This document shows positions 58,601 through 64,000 of a stretch of 64,000 nucleotides of DNA, piece after piece (the stretch's first letter is position 1; each line of letters opens with the position of its first letter). The DNA is from Elusimicrobiales bacterium. GTDB taxonomy: Bacteria; Elusimicrobiota; Elusimicrobia; Elusimicrobiales; UBA9959. The stretch lies in NCBI GenBank assembly GCA_031082205.1, contig JAVHLJ010000004.1, forward strand, positions 8,942-72,941, in the 5' to 3' direction. Made by a program: the position numbers and the translations under genes. Below the pieces are notes generated by a model, which was given only the letters and a program-made list of their open reading frames with translations, did not search any database and had not been told where the DNA came from.

Positions 58601-60310
58601 GCCTACGACGCCTCGGTTCATTCGGCCTCGGCCGCCGGTCCGGCCGGCTATACGCTCATCAACGACGATACGCGCAGTTCGGCGCTGCGGCTGGAGGTCT
58701 CCAATAATTCGCCGGCGGGTTTCAACGGCGTGGAGATAGCCACAGTGTCATTCCGCCTGTACGACGCGGACCTCGCCGCGCCTCTGACCGCCGCCGGGGC
58801 GGCGGCGCTTTTCGACGCCATTGCGCTGGTGGCCGACAGCACCCATACCGGCCTCTCCGGCACCTATGAGCCGGCCATAGACCTGGCCACGGCCGCCTGG
58901 GTGCCCATGTCCTCGATAACCCTCGACGCCGACGGCCGTTCCACTCTGACCGTCCCGACGGCCGGCCTCGGAGCCTCCTTCGTCGCGGCCGGTTCCACGC
59001 GGCCCTTCTACATCGTTTTTGTCACGACCCGGAACGCTTCGTCGAAGTCGCCGGACACTTTCCGCGTCCGGTTCGACCCCTCCTCCGGGGTGAGCGTGCG
59101 CGACGCCTCCGGCCTGCTGGTCCAGGACTTCGTTCCCGGCGCGCAGGTGGACACGGCCTCGTTCACCGTCATAGCCCCGGCCCTGCCGCCGCCGGACACG
59201 GATTGGCCCTACGTAAGCGAGTCTTCCGCGCCTATAACGGGCGGCGTAATGTCGTGGGTGGGCGCGCCTCTGGACGAGGGCAGGCTCTACCTGCCGTCCA
59301 GCGACGGCACCGTGGTCGCTTTGAGCACGACCGGCGCGCTCAGGTGGGCCTTCACCACCTCGCCGCTTACTTCCGTAGGGGCGACGCCGTCCTTTCCCGC
59401 CAAGGAGGGCGCGGAGCTCTACCTGTACTTCACCGGCGCCAACGGCGACGTCTACAAGATCGAGGATGAGGGGGGTTCGGTCCGCCAGGCCTGGAAAGTC
59501 CCGCTCGGCGCGGAGGCCGTATCCATCCTGGACACCGACGCCAGGGTGTACGTGCCCACCGTAGACAAGAGAATTCATTGCCTCAACAAGTCGGACGGTT
59601 CGGCCTGCTCCCCCTGGGCCTTCTCTTCGGCCCTGACCGGCGTGCCGTCCGGCACCCCGTCGGTGGACGAAAGGGCCACGGTCGCCACGGCCTGGATAGG
59701 CCTTGAGGACGGCAAGGTCGTCAGTATAAAGACGGGTGACGGTACTTCCGACACCGCCTTCCAGGCCGGCGGCCCCATCAGGTCGTCGCCCTACCTGGAC
59801 GCCTATGCCGCCAGTCCCGACAACGCCCTCTACATAACTTCCACGGACGGCCGTATCTACGCGCTTAATTCCGGCAATATGACGAAGGTGGACACCTGGG
59901 AGCACTACGACACGTTCTCTTCGATACACACCTCTCCCTTCGTCTGGCCTCTGGGCGGGACCAAGTATGTCTTCTTCGGCGCGGACAACGGACGACTGTA
60001 TAAGCTGAACGCCGCCACCGGCGATCTGGTCTGGTCCTTCCAGGCCGGCGGGGCGATAAGGTCTTCGCCGGTAGTGGTACCGTCCAATTTCGAAGGGCTC
60101 GGCCTGGCCGAGGGCGAGGATTACGTCTATTTCGGCTGCGACGACGGGAAGATATACGCCGTCAACGGCAATACGGGCGCGATCAGGACGGGTTGGCCGG
60201 TCTCCACCGGGGGGGCCGTCCGCGCGGACCCGGTCTACGACCCGGACTCCAAGACCATTTCCGTGGGCTCCAATGACGGCAGGCTGTACACTCTGTACGT
60301 GGGACCGTGA
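46664..60310 (+). CDS. Giant secreted surface protein/adhesin (4548 aa): two copies of an unknown domain, about 26 FN3-like repeats, propeller-like region, two lamin-tail domains, C-terminal PQQ/BamB-like propeller
   Basis: Signal peptide; recurring W..N.NP.GTLYRV..STAPDP...L..DTTYYFR; VVLNEVYP and LHINELAY; YFG.DNG.LY / W.F.AGGAIRSSP blades. Confidence 0.9.
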   Translation: MSPAGIKRSVPRGGLRGLPAALFFLLLPALAPRAAAQTTVYLSDTVSPINPGADDERRLNRLRGAAAVTYTKATMAGPVTPPTSATQMTKISGGTPMVWYTDPLDAVTIGGNITFNFWARESHNQANAGLTGELWRASGSGALLELIAAVHDVSLSELGTTLSAQNWVRTPAPTALANGERLSLRLYIDDAGGTMTSGRFVEFTLDGPTAGASGDSWFRTAEALAPARPVVGSVTGLTQTGFSASWTLVEGATGYTLAVSPNPGNPPSPISASLSASDNSGAFSSLTSNTTYYPFVRTNGPGASSSWSAYPVQVTPAYAPSFSNFTNVSSHTARFNWNANGNHAATLYHVVMSTAADPLSPFGAPVTSSFTYNTFLSSSGLLANRSYSFRVAAVNHGGVYTSYTSVVSTYTLAGQPAAGLFSGVSETGVTASWTDGGNPSGTLYRLFVSTAPDPLSPLGAAFSEHETYNLSFSTAGLAPNTTYYFRAAAVNGDGAATLYFSAASTATLAAAPVFSAFGSETSSSLSFSWNGGGNPAGTLYRVLSSTAADPLSPSGARVASSDTYNLSLSSAVLVPDTRYYFRAAAVNRNGVLTAYSAPEGRATLLAAAPAAPAFGAVSETGIGFSFSANGNAYPGTLFRVLSSTAPDPANPGGAAAVSSDTYNNSLALSGLVPNATYYFRAAGVNKDGVLTAYTAIAGTSTLAAAPSGLVFTETTQEKVRLEWAASNGPGTLYTVRVSTAPDPLAPGGAVVTSSDTYNLYLSTEGLAYSTEYFFRVRAVNNNGILTAWSAIASTTTLAPGTLAAPLAGELEPHVSSMTAAWSLVVGATGYTLAAALSPDNPPAVFASSTVLAQAYAQVAGLVPDTVYYLFVRANGPGLASAWNPYSPAATRLQYAPAFGSFTGTAADSISLSWTAANPAGTLYRVVSSTAADPLSPAGAAVVSSDTYNLSLSSAGLTANTAHYFRIAGVNKDGVLTAWTAARGTSTLAAQPVFSGFSGTGTSAITFDWTAAGNPAGTLYRVLSSRAPDPLNPGGQPVVSSDTYNLSLSTAGLSPNTSYYFMAAAVNNDGVLTAFSAPQVNPTLPEDAAFPGFGTITDSSVDFMWSGGANPSDTLYRVLVSPAPDPLNPGAEPVTSSDTYNLYLSSAGLGVDRDYHFIVAALRRGGQPGAWTSPERAHTLSRQPVFSGFGTVSAGAIEAQWSANGNPAGTLYRVAVSPAPDPLDPGAEPVTTLESYGLSVSSAGLAADTTYYFRVAAVNGDGVATAYTAPRGTATLVSYPPLFQGFSDLQTDAIRVLWGPNSNAEGTLYRVAVSTAPDPLAPGGAAVTYEDTYELSLASSGLRTNTLYYFRLAAVNKNGVATVYTSTQSERTLQSVTKLYLRDTVSAANPAGDSGEERRLSTVRGAASVTYTKATLSGTVTPPTSATQFTRASGGAVQTWYTYPLGAVTIVSSVTFNLRAWESAAQANAAVTAVLYRTDSAGVVISTVATALIPRTELGTGDAAQTWSREPAPTALAEGDRLALRVYIDDGDGVTMASGRSVYMSIDGPTANAPGDSWVQLLEELRPASPAALTVTGVTASQMSASWPLVAEATGYTLISSVEPGGDPVYSSSRTLGNLSAALASPSMAANTTYYLFVRSEMEGASGGWRSHPATATLLAFSPAFSGFGPVAAGSIRFDWSHNGNPAGTLYRVLSSTAPDPLSPGGAAVSAALTYDTFLSSSGLSADTTYYFRVAGLNHGGVPTAYTAAAGTATLLAYAPAFSAFSGVGQTSMQFEWSHNGNAPGTLYRVVSSTAPDPLAPGGAVAVSSLTYNTFLSTAGLSANTTYYFRVAGVNKNGVSTAYTLAAGTATLAYAPVFGSFTGVSAAAVSLSWTSGGNPAGTLYRVLSSTAPDPASPQGAVAASSDTYNLSLSSSGLAADTTYYFRVAALNRGGVPSAYTVPAGTATLLGFAPVFSGFADVAAGSMRADWSHNGNAPGTLYRVVSSTAPDPLSPAGALAVSSLTYNTALSTAGLSADTTYYFRVAGVNKNGVLTAYTAPAGTATLLGFAPVFAGFSGVAEGAMQFGWSHNGNAPGTLYRVVSSTAPDPLSPAGAVAVSSLTYNVALTTAGLSANTTYYFRAAGVNKNGVLTAYTAGAGTSTLANAPTGLYETGVTSYTVQLNWSGSGNGPAALYEARVSRAADPLDPGGFPVTSSATYNLYFSTAGLAPSTAYYFRARALNNNGVYTAWTDPPYRVDTLGADEIGSPASGEISGVHVSSLAATWSLVSGATGYTLAASLSPDNPPLSIEASSETVNNGSYAQVPGLAADTVYHLFVRANGPGISGDWFAFPARATLLEFPPAFVSFSGVAAGSARFNFSLNGNAAGTLHRVLVSTAPDPLSPGAAAFSSSDTYNVALTTAGLSADTTYYFTAAGVNKDGVLTAYAAVQATATPANIPVFAGFTGVGASELTFNWSRNGNRNPGTLYRVLVSTAPDPASPGGAVFTSSETYNLHLTTAGLSADTTYYFRAAALGVNGLSTAYSAAAGTATLVAYPPVFAGFTGVGTGAMQANWSANGNRDPGTRYRVLVSTAANPLSPAGAVVTSSETFNLYLSSSPLTPNSTRYFMIAGVNHNGVLTDWTAVAGTATLANIPLTAVSTFSAVTSGGFSAAWAANGNPAGTLYQVQVSTAQDFNPGAHGQTASTAPADGYSYAFSGLLSNRDYYFRARALNHNGVYSDYAQLGSTRTLGLSAPSVLPVTQVSTFSITASWTLIAGATGYTLAASEDSGVEPSSVYASSATVGTSAAVFSPALALNTTYYLFVRAGGPGDSSPWAVYPATSTLANTPTAPGSPFGSVTDNGFTLSWGANSNPLGDTLYTVQVSTAVDFNSGVTNQLTLTTAPAGGPMATFSSLSSDTFYYARVRAHHNNGNFTDWVSLGNAKTLILAELHEAGDGVLFYGQSGNSTPQFRDYVYASNSFSSVRQTITGAAGRLFTIRTNPLTTKQEAVAAYVRDGTLRVLCTDGANWYEEWTQTVGGTDGTRRFDVAFETASGDAVVLYSRNVSGANELGYRTKPGSAACGSANWSSAQTLDPVRTSGVVQWVRMAPDRRADRDHVAAIWADANSALSAMVWNGAAWENEPSAALETSLETAAAAQDVESFAVETESLSGDLMVIWGHSGGTDGINGVRYATAAFTGGSPAHAWGGVVNAPAFLDDATNLDLAANPATDELVFASIGNAGSDLQAGYWNGSAWTNTANLDTTAQTPAAGNKLVAAAWISSGTATRSVIVYNDAAATNVGWYTGNAGVFTAQTDFTPAPAFANPQRYYGLQQDPVHRDRLMLTVADANADLFAKRLVMTAAAAFTWTNADGGAALETNLGSALAGGHAFVFWPAPPTTTFEASAHRFYANTDSTDVGIPLAAQDALAVLPSSGSAFRLRPLVTIGQVDLPQSGQSFKLQFAGQGSGTCASPSGGSPASWTDVTAVTAVAFNDNPSPASGAPLTANAADPAYGVQANLNQTYAEAGGFSNSVSGVARNRNAMWDLALKDNGMAPGAVYCLRLVKSDGVPLEFYTSYPRVAAPSAVVLNEVYPAGASSSADWVELYNNSHSTAPLLGWRLEYVENTIALGGSANTVWTGGADQFVNALSTFLVSGLSADLNGAQGYHVRLLDASGALVDRAQWPAGLTAGQSFARISDGHPDYFEIDPTPTPGYFNSVSTDALHINELAYGDAISEFVELYSLDAVSTRALTGYSLRNAASSAAGKVFRFDRRVYPLDFTALDGSSLSRDGLTWTQVFGAEGLAAAGDFLALENSTGAVVSRVTWQSGSAYSRYNYAAQLVPYANPAPANAVHSIARGPSEGAHSGVDSADFSASAATTLVSRNNNAGTGAANALYYPDPSSSVRHLSRYFPLRLTLGADASAGRGNNIVLSRRGGTADPGSPHIYRLEDIGFSLSSLLEQATAQFGLSFPDQDGNSLVNGSWYRLVLNSDTGSASAPQVVIASAAYDASVHSASAAGPAGYTLINDDTRSSALRLEVSNNSPAGFNGVEIATVSFRLYDADLAAPLTAAGAAALFDAIALVADSTHTGLSGTYEPAIDLATAAWVPMSSITLDADGRSTLTVPTAGLGASFVAAGSTRPFYIVFVTTRNASSKSPDTFRVRFDPSSGVSVRDASGLLVQDFVPGAQVDTASFTVIAPALPPPDTDWPYVSESSAPITGGVMSWVGAPLDEGRLYLPSSDGTVVALSTTGALRWAFTTSPLTSVGATPSFPAKEGAELYLYFTGANGDVYKIEDEGGSVRQAWKVPLGAEAVSILDTDARVYVPTVDKRIHCLNKSDGSACSPWAFSSALTGVPSGTPSVDERATVATAWIGLEDGKVVSIKTGDGTSDTAFQAGGPIRSSPYLDAYAASPDNALYITSTDGRIYALNSGNMTKVDTWEHYDTFSSIHTSPFVWPLGGTKYVFFGADNGRLYKLNAATGDLVWSFQAGGAIRSSPVVVPSNFEGLGLAEGEDYVYFGCDDGKIYAVNGNTGAIRTGWPVSTGGAVRADPVYDPDSKTISVGSNDGRLYTLYVGP
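51650..53090 (+). repeat. High-identity intragenic tandem repeats with a 288-291 bp period
   Basis: TCGCATAACGGCAA at 51701, 51992, 52571 and 52862 with near-identical flanking sequence. Confidence 0.85.
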
Positions 60311-63300
60311 TGATTATGGAAAGGCGCAAAGAAAGGATATGTGCGGTTCTTAAAGCGGCGGGAGCGGCGGTACTGTCGCTGGCCCTGCTGCCTGCCGCCG
60401 TCCCCTGCGCGGCGGCGGACTGGCCCATGTTCCGCGGCAACGCCGGCCGCACCGGCTACGCCTCCGAGCAGGCCGCGCCGGACCTCGTAAAGGTCTGGGA
60501 ATACCAGATGCCGGGCGGCTCCGTCTCCAGCCCGGCCGTCTACGACGGCAAGGTGTACGTCGGCTCCCGCGCCAACAGGCTTTACGCCCTGGACGCGCGT
60601 ACCGGAGCGCTTCTGTGGTCGCGTCTTACCGCCGGCTGGGTGGACTCCTCGCCCTATGTCTCCGGCACGACGGTGTACGCCGCCTGCCTGGGCGGGCGCC
60701 TCTACGCCATCGACCGGCTGAGCGGCGAACTGCGCTGGATAGTGGATCTGGGCGCGGCCTCCGCCTCTTCGCCGCTGGAGCTGAACGGGCGCGTCTACGT
60801 CGGCACCGGCTCTCCCGAGAACAAGCTCAAGGTCTACTCAGCCGCCAACGGCTCCCTGCTGGCCGCCTTCCAGGCGGGTCAGCCCGTGGACTCGGCGCCG
60901 TCCACGGACGGGACTTATGTCTATTTCGGCGCCAATGACGGCAAGGTCTACGCGCTCGACGCCCTGACGCTCTCGACCCGCTGGTCCCCATATCCCACGC
61001 TCGGGGCCTTCGGCCGGAACGCGGTGGCCGTCTCTTCGGGGACCCTGTATTTCCTGCCGGGCCGCGACGTTAAGACCGCTTCGGCCTTCGACGCCGCCGC
61101 CGGGTCGCTGCTGGCCGAGTCGCCGTACCTGGTCCGGGCCTCGACCGTTAATTCCTGGGACGTGGGCGTGCCCTGGATGCAGGCCGGCTCCCCGGCCGTA
61201 AGTCCCGAAGGCTTCGCTTACTTCACGGCCGCCGGCGGCTCGGCGGCTAACGACGATCCAGCGGGCCATCTCGCGGCCCTGTCTTCGGGGACGCTTTCTG
61301 CCGTCTGGCCTTCTTCCGCCTCTCTCGGCGGCGGCTCCCCGGTAGGGGTCCTCGCTTCGCCGGCCATGGCCAACGAGGTGATATACGCGGCCACTCCGGG
61401 CGGCCGGCTGATAGCCGTCAGTTCGGCCGGTCCCGCTCTGCTGGCCGATCTCGATCTCGCCGGGCCCGCCTACGCCTCGCCCGCCGTCTCCGACGGCATG
61501 GTCATAGCCGTCAACTACGCCGGCAAGGTCTTCGGCTTCAGGGCCGGCCGCCACGCCTCCGTCTCTTCGCCGGGGGAGGGGGACGTGCTCTCCGGCATAG
61601 CCGCGGTGACGGGCTGGCTCGACTCGCCGGACCTGGCCGGTTACGAAGTCGAGTACAGCACCGGCGGCGCGCTTCCGCAGTGGACCAGGATAAGTTCCGC
61701 CGCGGTCTCCTCCGCCGTGGAGGGCTCCGCGCTGGCCGCCTGGGACGTTTCCGGCCTGGAGAACGGGGAATACCTGCTGCGCCTGCGCGGCCTGGAGGAC
61801 CCGCCCTCGGCCTACGACGCCTCCGCCGTCGTCCGCGTCCGCGTCAACGCGCCGCCGCTGCCGCCGTCGGGCCTGGCCGCCGCCGACGTGCCCGGCGACG
61901 GGGGCAATAACATAGCGCTCTCCTGGACCGCCTCGCCTTCGGCCGGAGTCGCCTCTTACCGGGTCTACCGCGACGACGGCTCCGGTTCCGGCTTCGTTCT
62001 GCTGGCCTCGACGCCGTCTCCCGCGTACGCCGACTCCGCGGCGCTCACCGGCTCCACCTTCGCCTACGCCGTCTCGGCCTGGGACGGCTGGGCCGAGTCG
62101 GCGAGGACAGAAGAGGTCTACGCTTTCTCGGTCAACGATACGGGCGACGATACTCCGCCCGCCGCCGTGACGGACCTCGCGGCCGCCCCGGGCTCCGCGG
62201 GCGGCCGCGTCTTCCTGGTCTGGACCGCGCCCGGCGACGACGGCGGCGTGGGCGAGGCCTCGCATTACCTGATACGCCGTTCCACCGACCCGGCGCAGGA
62301 CTGGGCCGCCTTCGATCCGCTGGCCGGGAGCAGCCGGCCGGTGGACGGCCCCGCCGGCATAATAGAATCGGACGAGTACGGCGGCCTGCTCGGCGGCGTC
62401 ACCTATTATTTCACGCTCAAGGCCGTCGATGACGCCGGCAATGTTTCCGCGCTCTCCAATACCGCTTCCGCCTGGGCGTCCTTCGATCCGTATCCGCCGC
62501 TGCCGCCTTCCGGGCTGACCGTCTCGGATACGCCGGGCGACGAGGGCGGCAGCCTGGACCTGGTCTGGACGCTTTCCCCCGACGACGGGGCCGGCGCCGG
62601 CGACGTTTACGGCTACCGCGTTTTCAGGCGCGCCTTCGACGGCGCCTACGACCCGGCCGCGCCTTACGCCTCCCTGGGCGCGGGGGCCAGGTCGTACAGG
62701 GACCCGGCCGCGACGGCGAACATCCGGTACTACTACGCCCTGGCCGCTTTCGACAGCACTAATCAGTCGGAACTTTCTGGCGAGGCCTCCGGCGTTTCGG
62801 CGGACAACTGGCGGTTCATGAACGCCTCCAGCGGCGGCCTGGTCCGGCTGGTCGACGGGATGGAGGTGCTCGTTCCGGGGGCCGCCCTCTCCCAGAACGA
62901 CAGGATAATGGTGACCCGGCTGGACCCGGCCACCCATGAGCCCCTGTTCAAGGCCCGGGCGGGCGGCGCGGCAAATCCTACGGACATAGTTTACGAGGTG
63001 AAATTCCAGAACCCGGCCACGAGGCTGACCGCGCCGGCCGTCATAAGCCTGCCCTATACGGACGCGGAGACGGCCGGCATGGAGACGGAGAACCTGCGCA
63101 TGTACACGCTCTCCGGGGGGGCCTGGTCCATGCTGAACACCTCTTCGGTGGACGCCGCCGCGAAGAAGGTCAGCGCCGAAGTGTCGCATTTCTCGATATT
63201 CAGGATAATGGAATACGTGCCGTCGGGCGCGGTCATCGGCGAAGGGGAGGTCTACACCTACCCGAACCCGGCGCGCGGCGGCACCGTCACCTTCAAGTTC

Positions 63301-63516
63301 ATGCCGGCCTACAAGGCGCACGTGACGATAGACGTCTATAACCCCGCCGGGGAGAAGGTGGCGCGCTTCGAGCGCGCCGACGCGCCGGCCGGCATAGCCT
63401 CCGAGATCGTGTGGCGCGCCGGAGGGATCGCCAGCGGCGTGTACGTCTACAGGGTGGAGGTCAGGACCTCCGCCGGCTCGAAGACGGTGACGAAGAAGCT
63501 GGCTGTGATCAACTGA
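60307..63516 (+). CDS. Secreted PQQ-like propeller / FN3 / ZU5-like protein with a T9SS-type (FlgD-Ig) C-terminal domain
   Basis: GTGA overlap; WPMFRGNAGRTG, SSPAV blades, PPAAVTDL FN3, VSHFSIF, VYTYPNP...ASGVYVYRV...KKLAVIN. Confidence 0.85.
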   Translation: MMIMERRKERICAVLKAAGAAVLSLALLPAAVPCAAADWPMFRGNAGRTGYASEQAAPDLVKVWEYQMPGGSVSSPAVYDGKVYVGSRANRLYALDARTGALLWSRLTAGWVDSSPYVSGTTVYAACLGGRLYAIDRLSGELRWIVDLGAASASSPLELNGRVYVGTGSPENKLKVYSAANGSLLAAFQAGQPVDSAPSTDGTYVYFGANDGKVYALDALTLSTRWSPYPTLGAFGRNAVAVSSGTLYFLPGRDVKTASAFDAAAGSLLAESPYLVRASTVNSWDVGVPWMQAGSPAVSPEGFAYFTAAGGSAANDDPAGHLAALSSGTLSAVWPSSASLGGGSPVGVLASPAMANEVIYAATPGGRLIAVSSAGPALLADLDLAGPAYASPAVSDGMVIAVNYAGKVFGFRAGRHASVSSPGEGDVLSGIAAVTGWLDSPDLAGYEVEYSTGGALPQWTRISSAAVSSAVEGSALAAWDVSGLENGEYLLRLRGLEDPPSAYDASAVVRVRVNAPPLPPSGLAAADVPGDGGNNIALSWTASPSAGVASYRVYRDDGSGSGFVLLASTPSPAYADSAALTGSTFAYAVSAWDGWAESARTEEVYAFSVNDTGDDTPPAAVTDLAAAPGSAGGRVFLVWTAPGDDGGVGEASHYLIRRSTDPAQDWAAFDPLAGSSRPVDGPAGIIESDEYGGLLGGVTYYFTLKAVDDAGNVSALSNTASAWASFDPYPPLPPSGLTVSDTPGDEGGSLDLVWTLSPDDGAGAGDVYGYRVFRRAFDGAYDPAAPYASLGAGARSYRDPAATANIRYYYALAAFDSTNQSELSGEASGVSADNWRFMNASSGGLVRLVDGMEVLVPGAALSQNDRIMVTRLDPATHEPLFKARAGGAANPTDIVYEVKFQNPATRLTAPAVISLPYTDAETAGMETENLRMYTLSGGAWSMLNTSSVDAAAKKVSAEVSHFSIFRIMEYVPSGAVIGEGEVYTYPNPARGGTVTFKFMPAYKAHVTIDVYNPAGEKVARFERADAPAGIASEIVWRAGGIASGVYVYRVEVRTSAGSKTVTKKLAVIN

Positions 63517-63536
63517 GGACGCCGGCGGTGAAATAT

Positions 63537-64000
63537 ATGGAAAGAGGGAAGGGCATCGCGATAAAGACGGGAGCGGCGGGCCGCGGACTGGCCGCCGCCG
63601 CCGTCCTGCTTGCCTTCGCCGCCGCGGCCGCGGCGCCCCTGCGCGCCGCGAAGATCCACGCGGAGGCGGGTTCCACGGCGGCGGCCTTCCTGAAGCTGCC
63701 GGTCGGCGCGCGGCCCGCCGGCATGGCGGGGGCTTTCGCCGCGGCCGAAGGAGATCCGTACTCGCTTTACTGGAACCCGGCGGGCATCGCCGGCCTGGGC
63801 GAGCGGCGCGCCGGCTTCTTCCACAACGAGCATTTCCAGGGTTTCGGGCAGGAGTTCCTCTATTACGCGGCGCCGGCCGCGGGCCTGAGGCTGCCGTTCA
63901 TCGGCCGGCTGCGCGACGGGGCCTTCGGCCTCTCGCTGAACTATTTCTATACGCCCGACGACCTGGAGAGGCGAAGCGGTCTTTACGAATCCGACCCGGC
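63537..64000 (+). CDS. PorV/PorQ-family (UPF0164) outer membrane protein, 3'-truncated by the window edge
   Basis: Manual translation: signal peptide, then AAAFLKLPVGARPAGMAGAFAA...DPYSLYWNPAG; alternative start GTG 63528. Confidence 0.8.
   Translation, partial: MERGKGIAIKTGAAGRGLAAAAVLLAFAAAAAAPLRAAKIHAEAGSTAAAFLKLPVGARPAGMAGAFAAAEGDPYSLYWNPAGIAGLGERRAGFFHNEHFQGFGQEFLYYAAPAAGLRLPFIGRLRDGAFGLSLNYFYTPDDLERRSGLYESDP

Overview
High-GC bacterial window with no rRNA, tRNA, CRISPR array or integrase visible. The gene content (giant FN3-repeat surface protein, PorV-like protein, T9SS-like C-terminal domain) suggests an Elusimicrobiota-like organism; this is inference only. Layout: (1) 1-25.3 kb: a dense, mostly translationally coupled locus with 12 radical SAM (rSAM) genes: one HxsB-like, six HxsC-like paralogs, two further rSAMs and three B12-dependent. 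Interspersed are a FlaK/PibD-like A24 peptidase, a SufS-like desulfurase, ygeY, two tandem phytoene-desaturase-like enzymes and a glycosylation sub-cluster in which one GT2 gene is flipped. (2) 25.3-29.6 kb: ygeW, a poly-gamma-glutamate hydrolase-family lipoprotein, carbamate kinase and a threonine-synthase-like enzyme. (3) 29.7-33.7 kb: TPR-SpoIID gene and an ECF sigma / anti-sigma / periplasmic protein triad. (4) 33.7-36.1 kb: a subtilisin whose 3' end was replaced by a 1152-bp AT-richer cassette between perfect 72-bp direct repeats; the cassette carries a 72-aa peptide-like tail, a CPBP/Abi protease and a MITE-like piece. (5) 39-46 kb: pilV/W/X-like genes running into a RiPP cassette (HPr-kinase-like, RRE/PqqD, a 45-aa Cys precursor missed by the ORF track, S24/S26 peptidase, rSAM-SPASM). 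(6) 46-64 kb: a possible attenuator, an Rrf2 regulator, a 4548-aa FN3/LTD/propeller adhesin, a 1069-aa propeller protein with a T9SS-like CTD, and a truncated PorV-like gene. All family calls come from motif recognition by eye, not database searches. Several ORF-track starts were moved to the ATGA/GTGA/TGATG overlap starts.
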